Positions 26,745 to 37,665 are shown, counted from the stretch's first letter. The stretch is DNA of 59,535 nucleotides from Phycisphaerae bacterium (GCA_030429365.1 JAUIEW010000003.1:1-59535), one strand, 5' to 3'. Notes: generated by a model from the letters alone, not told the origin. Numbers and translations are program-made.

Positions 26745-28169
26745 TTGCTCGGACAGACAACCACATTTCTTTGGCCGCTTAAGACCTGCCTGTTCTTCGT
26801 GGCGTTCGTGTGCGCGTGCGGATTGTCGCTTGTGTTTCCGATCGTCGGCATCGTCAACTACATGCTCGTCTATCAGTTGCACCCCGGAAAAATGTGGTGG
26901 GGGCAGCCGCTTGATGATCTTGGCATCCGCTATTCAATGACGGCTGCCATGTGCCTGGTTCTGGGCATGCTGCTCAGTGGTGGGCGCGTTCCCAAATCCA
27001 AGACGCTGCTGGGCTCGTGGCTGCTGCTCGTGTTGTTCTTTACGGGCATTGTGCTCTGGAGCTTTGCACTCAATCCCGGCAACACCGACTACGGCGCGAT
27101 TCTCGCGGACAAGATGGTCAAGATGGCCATCTTCCTGATCTGCCTCGTGCGCATGGGTTCGGTCCGGGGTAATTTCAAAGTACTCTTGTGGACGTTCGTC
27201 GCCGGCACCATCGTCATCGGATACGACGCACTCGGCGCTCCCCAAGACGACTTTGCCGATGGACGCCTGAACTTTGTTGGAGGTCCGGACTTTCGTGAGT
27301 CTTCGGGTCTGGCGGTGCACATGGCTGCCATGGTCCCCTTGATTGGCGTGGTCTTCATGGTCACCAAGCCCAAGCAATGGCGTGCGGTCGCTGCGTTGAG
27401 CGGTATTCTCGCTGTCAATACGATCGTCCTGTGTCGCACACGATCCGCTTTCGTCGGATTGCTCGCAGGAGGGGCCATTGCCTTGATGATGGTCCCGCGC
27501 GGTTGGCGTTTGAAAACCTACTCGGCGATCATCGTCGGATGCATCGGGGCATTCTCGCTGGCCGATCAGCACTTCTGGGATCGAATGACCACGATCATGC
27601 GACCAGACGACTACGCCTCCGACGGCGCCATTCAGTCACGAATCGAATTGTGGACCGTCGCCCGCGAAATGTTCCTGGATCACCCGTTTGGCGTCGGCGT
27701 CGGCCGATTCAAGGACTACGCCCACCTCTACAACACCGGCGACTATCTCTACGCGTTTGAAGAACCAGGCCGCGTCGCCCACAACAGCTACCTGCTCTGC
27801 ATCACGGAGTTGGGCATTCATGGATTTGCTGTATTCGTGTTGATCATCTGCATCGTGCTGCTCAAGTTGCGGCGGTGTTTCCAACTCGCCATCGAATCTG
27901 AAGATCCGCACACATCGCGATTGCTGGCCTATGGATGCTTCCTGTCGGTGATCATCTATCTGACGTCGGCGGCGTTTACGGATCGTTTGTACACCGAATC
28001 CTTCTGGTGGGTCTTGGCGCTACCCGTCTGCCTTGAGCGTGCGTTGGCCACGGAAGCCATCGAGCAGGAAGAACTCGAACCAGAACTGAACCCCATGTGG
28101 GCCCCATTGTATGACGACGAACTCATCCACATCCCGACCTCAGATTCTCCACGTTGTGCATTCACTTGA
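26745..28169 (+). CDS. O-antigen ligase/Wzy_C-family membrane protein (paralog of 24619)
   Basis: Collinear with the upstream paralog (FADGRLNF.GGPDFRESSGLAVHMAAM; AHNSYLLC; AFTDRLYTESFWWVLALP); TTG start. Confidence 0.88.
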   Translation: MLGQTTTFLWPLKTCLFFVAFVCACGLSLVFPIVGIVNYMLVYQLHPGKMWWGQPLDDLGIRYSMTAAMCLVLGMLLSGGRVPKSKTLLGSWLLLVLFFTGIVLWSFALNPGNTDYGAILADKMVKMAIFLICLVRMGSVRGNFKVLLWTFVAGTIVIGYDALGAPQDDFADGRLNFVGGPDFRESSGLAVHMAAMVPLIGVVFMVTKPKQWRAVAALSGILAVNTIVLCRTRSAFVGLLAGGAIALMMVPRGWRLKTYSAIIVGCIGAFSLADQHFWDRMTTIMRPDDYASDGAIQSRIELWTVAREMFLDHPFGVGVGRFKDYAHLYNTGDYLYAFEEPGRVAHNSYLLCITELGIHGFAVFVLIICIVLLKLRRCFQLAIESEDPHTSRLLAYGCFLSVIIYLTSAAFTDRLYTESFWWVLALPVCLERALATEAIEQEELEPELNPMWAPLYDDELIHIPTSDSPRCAFT

Positions 28170-29319
28170 ACCGGGTGGAACGGAGCGGATGCTGTGTCGT
28201 CTCGTTGAGAAGCTCGACGGCGATGGCGCGGACCATCATATCTGCAGCCTGCGCGATCCCCGGCCATTCGAAGGCACGCTCGGCGACAACCTGAAGGTCT
28301 TTTCGCTTTCCGCGCGCAACCGTGATCGGTTTCTCTACCGCAGGTTGGCCGACGCCATCCGACAGCGGAAGATCAACATCGTTCACGCCCGCAATTGGGG
28401 CACGTGGACCGACGCGGCGCTGGCCTGCCGATCGTTAAGCGACGTGCAACTCGTCCTGGGTTTTCATGGACTGCAGAATGGTCAATCATTCACCACGTTG
28501 CAGCGCATTCGCTCAAAACTACTGGGATTGGCCGCGTACCCCGCAACCGCCGTCTCACATGCAGCGCGAGACCTGTTGACCAGTACGCTCGGATTCACCG
28601 CGTCACGGATCAATGTCATCCCCAACGGCGTCGATTGCAGTCGATTCGCGCCACCGTCTGATCAATCCTGGCGCTCCGCCCGTGCCCGACTCAATCTGAC
28701 CGGCGCCGAACTTGTCGTGGGGTCGGTCGCGAATTTCTTTGAGCGCGTCAAGGGCTTGGATGTCTTGATCGATTCGTTCGGCGAAGTCGCAGCGAAGGAA
28801 CCAGACGCACGTCTCGTGCTCGTTGGGTATGGCCCCCTTGAAACCGAGATCCGATCGCAAATCGAACGCCTGAACCTCACCAACCGAGTCACGCTGACCG
28901 GCAGGGTTGAGCGCGTCGAAGACGTGCTGCCGGCGTTTGATGTGTTTGTCTGCAGCAGTCGCTCCGAGGGCTTAAGCAACGCGGTGCTCGAAGCGATGGC
29001 CAGCGGGCTCGCCAGCGTTGTCACCGACGTTTCCGATCACCGCAAGATGTTCGAAAACATTGACGCCGAGTCGATCGTCCCGCCCGAAGATGCCAGCCGC
29101 CTCGCCGCCGCGATCCTGCGACTTCTAAACAGGCCCGGTCTGCGCAACGACATTGGATCGGCATCGCGCGCATTGGTTCAACGTCGTTTCGATTTTGCAA
29201 CGTGTGCGAACGGCTACAAGACGTTGTACGCGGACATGGTGGGAGATGCTTTCAATCAGTGGTTGGGAGACGTTGGCGGTGAGAAACCTACGCCATCTGA
29301 GTCTGCGGTTGCGGGTTAG
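28111..29319 (+). CDS. Glycosyltransferase family 4
   Basis: GGTER, VIPNGVD, KG, SRSEGLSNAVLEAMASG. Confidence 0.92.
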   Translation: MTTNSSTSRPQILHVVHSLEPGGTERMLCRLVEKLDGDGADHHICSLRDPRPFEGTLGDNLKVFSLSARNRDRFLYRRLADAIRQRKINIVHARNWGTWTDAALACRSLSDVQLVLGFHGLQNGQSFTTLQRIRSKLLGLAAYPATAVSHAARDLLTSTLGFTASRINVIPNGVDCSRFAPPSDQSWRSARARLNLTGAELVVGSVANFFERVKGLDVLIDSFGEVAAKEPDARLVLVGYGPLETEIRSQIERLNLTNRVTLTGRVERVEDVLPAFDVFVCSSRSEGLSNAVLEAMASGLASVVTDVSDHRKMFENIDAESIVPPEDASRLAAAILRLLNRPGLRNDIGSASRALVQRRFDFATCANGYKTLYADMVGDAFNQWLGDVGGEKPTPSESAVAG

Positions 29320-30118
29320 CTAGCTGCTTGGGCGTGACGACCACAAAGTCAAACGCCAGATGCCTAACAATATCCTGCACCTTGCGTCCCATGGGCCACT
29401 CCGCGATTCGCTGCATCAACTCGCTGCTCGCATACTTCTGCGGACTGACGCGGAGGCCATGTTTGCGTGCATGCTTTCCGATGGTTGACGCCGAATAGAA
29501 CGTGTGATTCGACACGGGGAAACGATAGTTGCGGTTGAAGACCCGCTCGGCGACGAGTTTTCGAAGACGAACCGGCAGCAGCGAAATGAACGGCAACTTG
29601 TAAAGCGCATCGCGCCGGACCATGCGAAAGGCTGTTCCGGTGTAAACGACTGCAATTCCCGTCGGCGTCAGAACTCGGGCCATCTCCGCAAAGAAGAGGT
29701 CGAGATCTTCGACGATTTCAAGCACCCCCAGCGAAATAACCACGTCGAAGCTCTGCGATTGAATCGGCCAATGCGTCAACGCATTGAAACGCGCGAACCG
29801 CAGGCTCCCGCTTGCATCGGCGTCAGGCGTTGCGGCATCGTCGTTGATTGCCCGAGCGAGTTGGTCATAGTCGTGGTCGAACATATCGGCACCGACACAA
29901 TGAGCGCCGCGAGCATACATCGCGCAGATGTCACCACCGTGCGCTGCCCCGACATCGAGCACGCGCATGTTGCGCAGGCTTCCGATGCGTGATTCAATTT
30001 CCTTCGCCAAGCGCAGCCCGCGCTCAAAGCGACCGACCCGCCACTTGCGGGCTTTTTCGTGGGGCGCGTTGGCTTCGACCACACGGCGGTATCGTTCGCG
30101 AATCTGCTGCGTGTTCAT
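29288..30118 (-). CDS. Class I SAM-dependent methyltransferase
   Basis: VLDVGAAHG, SFDVVIS, RVLTPTG. Confidence 0.88.
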   Translation of the reverse strand: MNTQQIRERYRRVVEANAPHEKARKWRVGRFERGLRLAKEIESRIGSLRNMRVLDVGAAHGGDICAMYARGAHCVGADMFDHDYDQLARAINDDAATPDADASGSLRFARFNALTHWPIQSQSFDVVISLGVLEIVEDLDLFFAEMARVLTPTGIAVVYTGTAFRMVRRDALYKLPFISLLPVRLRKLVAERVFNRNYRFPVSNHTFYSASTIGKHARKHGLRVSPQKYASSELMQRIAEWPMGRKVQDIVRHLAFDFVVVTPKQLANPQPQTQMA

Positions 30119-31296
30119 GCGCCCGCCCCCTTGGAAGATGAAACGTGAGCACCATCGGGCTTGGGTTGGTTGCGCAGACGATCCTTCAACTTCAACCAGC
30201 GTTCGTCGCCAAGCATGCGTTGGGCGAGATGCTTCATCCGTTGCGACAACTGTTCCTTGGCGATGACGGTCGTTGCTGGCCGACGAAAACCCACCATCAC
30301 CGTCGCCTGCGTGGATTGCGACTTCGCCAATCGAAATTTGTATGGCTCGTCACCGCGCAGGAAATCGTACCGCGTCATCGATTCGGCGATTGCCTGTTCA
30401 ATGCTGGCAGTCATCAACACCATCCCGGCATTGAGGACATCCGAGTCCGGATCACGCCCGATCTGATAGAAGCTAGCCGTCTGATTAAAATGAAACGCCA
30501 GGAGCACGCCTTCGGTTCGACCACCAACCTTTAACGTGTAGGCGCGAAACCAGTCTTCGTCAGCCGCCCGCGTGCAAAATGTCGTTAGAAATGAACGCAT
30601 GGGTAAGCTTGAAAAGTTGCTTTCAAGCCCTACCGCATTCCAACGCATTGCGTGAAGCGAACAGAACTCATTGAGCACTTGGTACAGGCTGTTCTTGCCC
30701 CAATTCAATTGTATTTCGGCGCCGGATTCGGCCAGTTTTCGTCGACTGCGGCGGACGGCTGACCGCCGCTTATGCGAAAGCGTCGACAAGTACGCGTCGA
30801 ATGAATCGGGCAGTTGAATGTAGGGCAGCGTCTGTATTTCGCGATTGACTTCGCGGTATCGGTTCTGCAGCGCCCAATCGCCAAGCAACCGCTGAGTCGG
30901 CGAATCGCACGCCACGCCATCAAGCAGCAAACCATCGTAGTCGTTACAGTTTTCCTGAACAAACTTCAGAAACGCCCGCCCGACGACGTCGCGCCGTTTT
31001 GGATCGCACACAAAGTCCAGATGATCGCCTTTGACCCTGTCACTACCCATGAACTTGACCCATCGCACACCGTCGTCGCGCGAGATGCACAACGGCCAAA
31101 CCCCTTCGACGCCATCGCTCGATTCGGCGACCAACACGAATGGCTCAGTTTCGCCGCCCACCGTTTCTGCCCAAGGCACACACCACTCGCGCGTGCAAAA
31201 CATGGACGCCGACGGATTGGACTGCACTGCCTCGCGCCACGCCTGCTGCAGGCGAAAGTCGCTGATTTTGCGATAGGATTTGACGTTTAAATCCAC
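30115..31296 (-). CDS. GNAT N-acetyltransferase, CelD/BcsL (Acetyltransf_6) type
   Basis: LPDSFDAYLSTLSHKRR, YDFLRGDEPYKFR; GTG 31296 overlaps the deacetylase stop. Confidence 0.87.
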   Translation of the reverse strand: MDLNVKSYRKISDFRLQQAWREAVQSNPSASMFCTREWCVPWAETVGGETEPFVLVAESSDGVEGVWPLCISRDDGVRWVKFMGSDRVKGDHLDFVCDPKRRDVVGRAFLKFVQENCNDYDGLLLDGVACDSPTQRLLGDWALQNRYREVNREIQTLPYIQLPDSFDAYLSTLSHKRRSAVRRSRRKLAESGAEIQLNWGKNSLYQVLNEFCSLHAMRWNAVGLESNFSSLPMRSFLTTFCTRAADEDWFRAYTLKVGGRTEGVLLAFHFNQTASFYQIGRDPDSDVLNAGMVLMTASIEQAIAESMTRYDFLRGDEPYKFRLAKSQSTQATVMVGFRRPATTVIAKEQLSQRMKHLAQRMLGDERWLKLKDRLRNQPKPDGAHVSSSKGAGA

Positions 31297-32327
31297 CCTT
31301 GCTGTCTCCGGCGGCGTTTGTCGAGCAGTCCGCTGATTTCGAGCATGAACCGCATGCGCGTGTGTCCCATGCCGACGCATACACGTGGGAGTGCAAAGCT
31401 GGGCGAAGACTTGGTGCAGAATCCCGCCTCCGTGGAAACGGCGTACTTGAACCCGGCTTGGGCGATGGCGCTGGCATCGGCGTCGTCAAAATCACCGGGG
31501 CCGCCATTGGGATAAGCGAAGCCGACGGGTTCGATGTTCAATCGCTGGCGAATATCGTCGAAGCACTTCGACACCTGGCTGGTGCGCGTCGCCCGCGTCT
31601 GACGCGACAAGATGGCGTGGTCGACGGTGTGACCGCCAACTTCATGCCCCTCGTCGATCAGGGTCCGCAGTTGCAACCAGGAGAGCGGTTTGAGCGCGTG
31701 GACTGCTTCCTGCGGTGCTCGGGTAAGCACCTGACCATCCACGCGCGACAGAATTCGCTGCAGCGTTTCGATCCCCAACGTTTTATGCGAATTGGGCTGC
31801 TTACAGATCTCATCCAGCGCCGGCGATGATGCATCCTTCTGCATTCTGGGGAAAGTACGAAGGAGTTGAACAATCTCAGCCGCTGGCATTCTTCGCGACG
31901 TCACCAAACCGGTCGAAACGTAGAACGACGCGGGAATGCCCAACTCATTGAGTACCGGTCGAGCATAGGCAAACGTGCATGCCGGCACATCGTCGAAAGT
32001 GACAGCAATCTGGGGAGTTGCAACGTGGCGCTTCGATTCAATACCGAATTGGTCAGCAAGCCGGACGACTTGGGCAAACGATCGAACGATCTGCATCTGC
32101 TCGCGAAACTGACTCTGCGTGACGAAGTATCCCGGCACCCAGGACGCGCCCGCAAGTTCGTCGGCGATCACCCCGTGATAGCAGAGAATGCGCAGCGACT
32201 GGCGTGCCCGGAACACGCTGCGCAGAATCCCGCGACTTGGCGAGAATCTGCGCTCAACGCTCTTTTGCGATTTGTCGTGTGGGTGATTCGGCGATTGCGT
32301 CGGTGTTGATAGGGTCTGAACGGCCAT
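31287..32327 (-). CDS. Polysaccharide deacetylase (CE4/NodB)
   Basis: ILCYHGV, VTFDD, GHTVDH, FAYPNG; GGAG RBS before ATG 32327. Confidence 0.9.
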   Translation of the reverse strand: MAVQTLSTPTQSPNHPHDKSQKSVERRFSPSRGILRSVFRARQSLRILCYHGVIADELAGASWVPGYFVTQSQFREQMQIVRSFAQVVRLADQFGIESKRHVATPQIAVTFDDVPACTFAYARPVLNELGIPASFYVSTGLVTSRRMPAAEIVQLLRTFPRMQKDASSPALDEICKQPNSHKTLGIETLQRILSRVDGQVLTRAPQEAVHALKPLSWLQLRTLIDEGHEVGGHTVDHAILSRQTRATRTSQVSKCFDDIRQRLNIEPVGFAYPNGGPGDFDDADASAIAQAGFKYAVSTEAGFCTKSSPSFALPRVCVGMGHTRMRFMLEISGLLDKRRRRQQGWI

Positions 32328-32457
32328 CCATGGCACTCCGTTTTCGGTTCGCAACCGCTGATAAGTTGCTGCTTTGTTTGGATCGCATACGTCCCTGTTG
32401 CGAGTCCAGCCGCCTTTCCGACCAGCCGCCTTTCCGATTCGTGCAGCGTTAGCGGCA

Positions 32458-33045
32458 CTACTGCTTCTTCTGAGCACTGCTGATCGACAGTCCGCGATAC
32501 CAATCCACCGTGCAGTCCGGATCGAATCGCTCGAAGTGGTTTCGATAGTCGGACAGCGTGTTCTGCCAGATGTTGTCGGCCGGCTTGCGCCCGGAACAGT
32601 CCGTGGCGATGATCAGGATGAAGCGGCCTCCCGGTTTGAGATAGCGCATGAGGTTGCGGGTCAATCCGAGCGCCGTCTCGCCGGCAAGATCGTAGTGATA
32701 AAGACTGCATCCCCGCGTGATGACGATGTCGAAACTCGACTCGTCAAACGGCAGGTCAGCCGTCGCGTCGCCGTGTACGTAGGAGCGATTCGGATACTTG
32801 TTGCGGGCGTATTCGATACCCGAGGCGTTGATGTCCAAACCGACGCAGTCAAATCCCATGCGACAATATAGATTCGTATGGAACCCGCTCCCGCACGCGA
32901 TCTCGAGCATCCGCAGGCCACGAGGCAGACTGAAACGCTTCACAAGGTGCTTGCGGTGCCACAGCCACTCGCGAACGGTGCTGTATTGCCACCCGCCGGA
33001 CACATAGAAATCGTCGTAAATCGTTGGCGCAAATGCAGTTGCCAT
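32458..33045 (-). CDS. Class I SAM-dependent methyltransferase
   Basis: LEIACGSG, GLDIN, FDIVI, LKPGG. Confidence 0.9.
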   Translation of the reverse strand: MATAFAPTIYDDFYVSGGWQYSTVREWLWHRKHLVKRFSLPRGLRMLEIACGSGFHTNLYCRMGFDCVGLDINASGIEYARNKYPNRSYVHGDATADLPFDESSFDIVITRGCSLYHYDLAGETALGLTRNLMRYLKPGGRFILIIATDCSGRKPADNIWQNTLSDYRNHFERFDPDCTVDWYRGLSISSAQKKQ

Positions 33046-33462
33046 TATCCAGTGTCCCCGTTTCCATCCTCGAATTCAGAACGTCTCGACCCACAGGCCA
33101 ACCGCCAGCGCGAGCGAATCGCGTCAGGCAAGACGCAAACGTCCCATTATTGTCGGCTGTTTGGAGGCCCCATTTGAGGTTTACAGGACGTGCAACCGAT
33201 TGCCCAATCCTCGCCCCTTGAACCTCTAACTGATTATCGGTCCTTCTTCTGAGGCTCTTTTGAATTCATTCGCAGCGAACGGTTCAGGTCATATCGGCCA
33301 AATCCGATAAACACATGGATATAACGCGCTGCGTCCAGACGTTTTCGGTCGCCAGCGCCAACGAGCCGGACCGCATCCGGGTCGAAGCTGTCATCTAAGA
33401 AAAGAGAAATGCAATCTGCGGGCCGCATTCAGAGTGGAGAGCGTTCTCGAAATGGAGTCGAC

Positions 33463-35391
33463 ATGAAGCCGGAACAGGGATCTCAATTCGACCCGCGGGC
33501 AGAGCGATCGAGCGAAGACTCATCGTTTGTCTTGTTGCGGAACAACATCTTCGAAGTCTTTCGAATTCTCATCCTCAGACGGTGGGCGTTCTTTGTACCG
33601 TTCTGCCTCGTCGTCTGTGTCGCGACGATCATCAGCCAGTACATTCCGCGCGTCTACAAATCGATAACCGTCATCGAACGACGCGATCATCCCGTCTTGA
33701 TCAACCTGCAGCAGACCGTCGCGACCGGTGAATTCGCCCGCTTCTTTCGGCCAACGCTTTCGCGCGACGTTAAGTCAATCGATACGATGGCGGAAGCCGT
33801 CGATCAAGCCGGGCTCATTCCCAACCTGCCACGCAACCCCGATGGCACGCCAACTGAAGAAGGTTGGGAACTCTGTCGCGAAAAAGGCGCGGAACTGTCG
33901 CACGGTGTCAACGTCCGTCTGATTCAACGGACCGAGCACCTTGATCAGATTCAAATCACATTCGAAGGTCATAGCCCGTCGCTGCCGCAGAAGTTCGTTC
34001 GGGCAATCAAAGACGCCTATGTTCGTCGCATGCGCGCCCAGCTTGTCTCGATGCTCGCGGATGCCAAGGCTTACTTTGAAAACACGGCTCGCGATCAACG
34101 ACAGGAAATTTCGGACCTTGAAACCGAAACGCTTGCGTTCCAGGCCGAATTCATCGGAATCGATCCGACGAACCCCGGCGCTTTGAAGATGAAACTGACG
34201 TCCCTCGAAAGCGAACGATCGGAACTCGAACGCGACTTGAACATGCTCTCGCTCGAATCAGAAGCGCGACGGCGACGGATCGAGCAGCACAAGATGCGCT
34301 CGCGTCAATCAATGGCGATGCAAATGGGAGCGGCTCTTCCATCCAAGCACAGCCTGAGTCCTGAAGCCCAAGTCATCGAAGCTGAAATCCTCGGTCTGCA
34401 ACGAGAAATCCATGATCTGAAGACGACGCGTCGCATGACCGATCGTCACCCCGACATCATCGAATTGCAGAAACGCATGGATCGCGCCAAGGGGCAACTC
34501 CAAGCCCAGTACGCATCCACCGCAAACAATAGCGGCGCGTTGGCCAGTGAACACATCGCTGCCGGTGGAAGCCCTGCGATCTGGGACATGGAACTCGCCG
34601 ACCTTCAACTCGACTTGCAGGACCGCGAGAACAGGATGGCCGCGATGGAGCAGCGACTTCGCGTGATCGACGCGGACATCGCCAAGCACAAGCGTCTCGA
34701 AGACAACATCTTCCGCTATCGAAAAGACTTCCAGATCAAGCAGGATCTGTTGGCACAAGCACGGGCCGAACACACCATGAACTCGCGGCGCGTTGTCGAA
34801 ATCGCCGGTATTCTCAACGCCGACGAATCCGAACGTGGCGTATCGTTCACCGAGTTGACGCCTCCGACGGCGTGCATCAAACCGATCAGTCCGCGCAGCA
34901 CCACCGTCCTCGCGTTGTCGATTCTCGCAGGATTGGGTGCGGGCGCTGTTGGCGTCCTTCGCAAGGAGCTGTTTGACCAGACGTACCACACGACCAAGCA
35001 GGTCACACGCAGCCTCGGGTTGGCCGTGCTGGAGTCCGTCGAGGAATTCATCACGTCGGTCGAACGCGCCCGCATGTTCCGCCGCCGCGTCATCTACGCA
35101 CCGGCGGTCGTGTTCGTGCTGCTCTCTGCCGTTGGAATTTCGTGTGCAGCCGCCTTCCTCAGCATCGAGAAACCCGAAGCTTACGAGCGCTACATGACCA
35201 AACCGCGCGCACTCTGGCAGTCGGTGTGGAATGACAAGTCGGCGCCCAGTTCGACGGTGGTGTCTGACTCGAAAGAACCCGCGAAAATCAAAATCGAGAA
35301 AGCGCCAAAAGAGAACAAGCCGACTCGCGAGCACCCGAAACTGGTCAAGAAGAGAGATACGGCATTGGCGTCAATCGACGACGGTCAATAG
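33463..35391 (+). CDS. Polysaccharide chain-length determinant (GumC/Wzz/Wzc-N type, no kinase domain)
   Basis: N-terminal TM, long coiled coil with TDRHPDII, P..PISP plus TM; GGAG RBS. Confidence 0.85.
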   Translation: MKPEQGSQFDPRAERSSEDSSFVLLRNNIFEVFRILILRRWAFFVPFCLVVCVATIISQYIPRVYKSITVIERRDHPVLINLQQTVATGEFARFFRPTLSRDVKSIDTMAEAVDQAGLIPNLPRNPDGTPTEEGWELCREKGAELSHGVNVRLIQRTEHLDQIQITFEGHSPSLPQKFVRAIKDAYVRRMRAQLVSMLADAKAYFENTARDQRQEISDLETETLAFQAEFIGIDPTNPGALKMKLTSLESERSELERDLNMLSLESEARRRRIEQHKMRSRQSMAMQMGAALPSKHSLSPEAQVIEAEILGLQREIHDLKTTRRMTDRHPDIIELQKRMDRAKGQLQAQYASTANNSGALASEHIAAGGSPAIWDMELADLQLDLQDRENRMAAMEQRLRVIDADIAKHKRLEDNIFRYRKDFQIKQDLLAQARAEHTMNSRRVVEIAGILNADESERGVSFTELTPPTACIKPISPRSTTVLALSILAGLGAGAVGVLRKELFDQTYHTTKQVTRSLGLAVLESVEEFITSVERARMFRRRVIYAPAVVFVLLSAVGISCAAAFLSIEKPEAYERYMTKPRALWQSVWNDKSAPSSTVVSDSKEPAKIKIEKAPKENKPTREHPKLVKKRDTALASIDDGQ

Positions 35392-35442
35392 CCCTGCGCG
35401 GTGACAGCTTGGCCATTGGCCGCTCCGGATAGAACCACTCGC

Positions 35443-36765
35443 ATGATCGCCAAACCACGCCGGGTCTTGATGATCGCTGCCGCCTACCCGCCAGCCGGTG
35501 GTTCGGGCGTCCAACGCACGCTTAAATTCTCCAAATATCTCTCGCGATTCGGATGGCAACCCATCGTCTGGACGGTGGACCACATCGACGCGCTGCCGGT
35601 CGATGAATCGCTTTGCGCTGAAATCCCCGACGATGTCGAAGTACACCGGCGACCCCATCGATTCGGCAAGGGGCCAGCCGGCAAACTCACTGACGCCTTG
35701 CAACTCGCGGGACCGCTTGGGTCGCGACTGGCAAACGCTGCGAAATGGCGTATCGAAAAATGGAACCGAAAGCGTGCCTGGCCCGATGAATTCGCCAGGT
35801 GGGTTGAAGACAGCGTCGAACCGTTAAAGGCGCTCATTCGCGAACGCAACGTCGAAGCGATCTATTCCACGTACAGTCCGTCGGCCAACCATCTGCTCGC
35901 GCTCAAACTCAAACAGGCGACGGGACTCCCGTGGGTCGCCGACTTTCGCGACCTGTGGACCGATGACCTGCGCTACCGCGAGACCGATCCGAAACATCAC
36001 GCGGCCAACGTTCGACTGGAACAGAACGTTTTGGAAAGCGCCGATGCGGTTGTCGGCGTGTCGCCATCGCAGACCGAAGTGCTGGCGGCCCACGTGCCCG
36101 ATGAACGGGCGAAGTTCAGCACCATCACCAATGGCTACGACCCAGCCGACTTTGAAGGCGTAAAGCGATACGAGCGCCTACCGGGGCGGCCTTTCACGCT
36201 GTCGTTTGTCGGCCGATTCGATCGCCAGCGTGCGGATGACGATCTGTTCGTCGCACTGCAAAACTTCGTCGATGAACTTGGCAACAACCGCGACCAATTC
36301 GTGTTTCGCATCGTCGGCGAATTCGATGCCTCGACGCGCCGGAAGTTGGAAGAAGCGAACATCCCGTATCAGACCACCGGATACGTCTCGCACAAAGATG
36401 CCATCCAGGAAATGTGCTCAGCCGACGCCCTGCTGCTGACCACGGACCGAGGCGGCCCGAATGCATCGACGGTCATCTGCGGGAAGATATTCGAATACCT
36501 GGCAAGCCAAAGGCCAATTCTGATCGTCGGCCCCGAGGGTTGGGAAGGTCAGCGCCTGGTCGAAAGATTCCAAGCAGGCATCGCAACACCTTGGAGTCCT
36601 GAAGAAATCGGGTTTGCACTAAAAGAACTACACAGACTATGGTCAACCAATCGCGAACTAGTCGGTGCAGACCAAACGAAGCTCGATTCAATCAGCCGAG
36701 TTGAATTGACCCAGACTCTCGGCAGGCTCATTCAGTCGGTCGTGCAACACCCGCTAACGGTTTGA
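35443..36765 (+). CDS. Glycosyltransferase family 4
   Basis: YPPAGGSGVQR, WVADFRDLW, ITNGYD, GKIFEYLA. Confidence 0.92.
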   Translation: MIAKPRRVLMIAAAYPPAGGSGVQRTLKFSKYLSRFGWQPIVWTVDHIDALPVDESLCAEIPDDVEVHRRPHRFGKGPAGKLTDALQLAGPLGSRLANAAKWRIEKWNRKRAWPDEFARWVEDSVEPLKALIRERNVEAIYSTYSPSANHLLALKLKQATGLPWVADFRDLWTDDLRYRETDPKHHAANVRLEQNVLESADAVVGVSPSQTEVLAAHVPDERAKFSTITNGYDPADFEGVKRYERLPGRPFTLSFVGRFDRQRADDDLFVALQNFVDELGNNRDQFVFRIVGEFDASTRRKLEEANIPYQTTGYVSHKDAIQEMCSADALLLTTDRGGPNASTVICGKIFEYLASQRPILIVGPEGWEGQRLVERFQAGIATPWSPEEIGFALKELHRLWSTNRELVGADQTKLDSISRVELTQTLGRLIQSVVQHPLTV

Positions 36766-37665
36766 CGCGGGAATCCGCTCGCCTGCCGGGACACGACTTA
36801 TTTTTGCCATCGGAACGCGAATATCGCCCTCGTCGGAAATTGCCTCGCCGTACTCAAGCTGGTACGCAAGAGATAGATCCTTTTGATACGCTTCTGGCTC
36901 CCCTAGGACAGAATACCCGCTTCTCTTAAGCTCACAATCAAACCAGACTACGAACCTTCCGGTGATCTTGTTGTTCTCAGGAACAAACACCGCCGCCCAG
37001 TGACCGTCGGCCAGCGCAATCTCTGGGACATAGGGTCCAACGTCGGAGTCGCGAAGGACCACGGGGTGCGAATTCTTGTTGACAACGATGATGATGTATT
37101 TGGACGCCTCGAATCCGAGATCAATGGCCTCCGCAACGGCAGCGAGCCCGATCGTGGTTACCATGTGTTGCGTACAAACAATCAGCGAGTCCCTGAGCGC
37201 ATCGACCTCCCGCTCGAATTCCGCGTCACCCGTCCCTCTAAACAACGCATCCATTCGGTACAGCAAGTCTCGCGCTTCATCCGCCCGGTTCATCGCGGCG
37301 AGGCACTTTGCTTTCAAGAAGTACAACCGGCTATTAAGACTTCCGGACTCGCGGAAAAGCCCGATTGCGTCATCGAGAGTTCCCAGCGCTTGTTCGAATC
37401 TCTCTTGGCCGAAATAGGTGATCGCCAGCAATACCGTGGCGTCTCTGTACTTCGGGTCAAGTTCGATCGCCTCTTCCAACTTCCTCGCGACCTGATCTGC
37501 GGCTTGCGGACCTCGGCTGTAGAGTTGCTCCGCCTCATCATAGAGCTTATGGGCTTTGTCAACGGCACTGACCGAAGTGGTGACGCTCGCCGGATCATCT
37601 GCATATACCGAATCGGCAAATGGAAACACAAGCAGTAGGATGAGAATCCTGCGTGAAATGGTCAT
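36754..37665 (-). CDS. Secreted TPR protein
   Basis: Signal peptide and TPR helices (LEEAIELDPKY). Confidence 0.7.
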   Translation of the reverse strand: MTISRRILILLLVFPFADSVYADDPASVTTSVSAVDKAHKLYDEAEQLYSRGPQAADQVARKLEEAIELDPKYRDATVLLAITYFGQERFEQALGTLDDAIGLFRESGSLNSRLYFLKAKCLAAMNRADEARDLLYRMDALFRGTGDAEFEREVDALRDSLIVCTQHMVTTIGLAAVAEAIDLGFEASKYIIIVVNKNSHPVVLRDSDVGPYVPEIALADGHWAAVFVPENNKITGRFVVWFDCELKRSGYSVLGEPEAYQKDLSLAYQLEYGEAISDEGDIRVPMAKISRVPAGERIPASNR

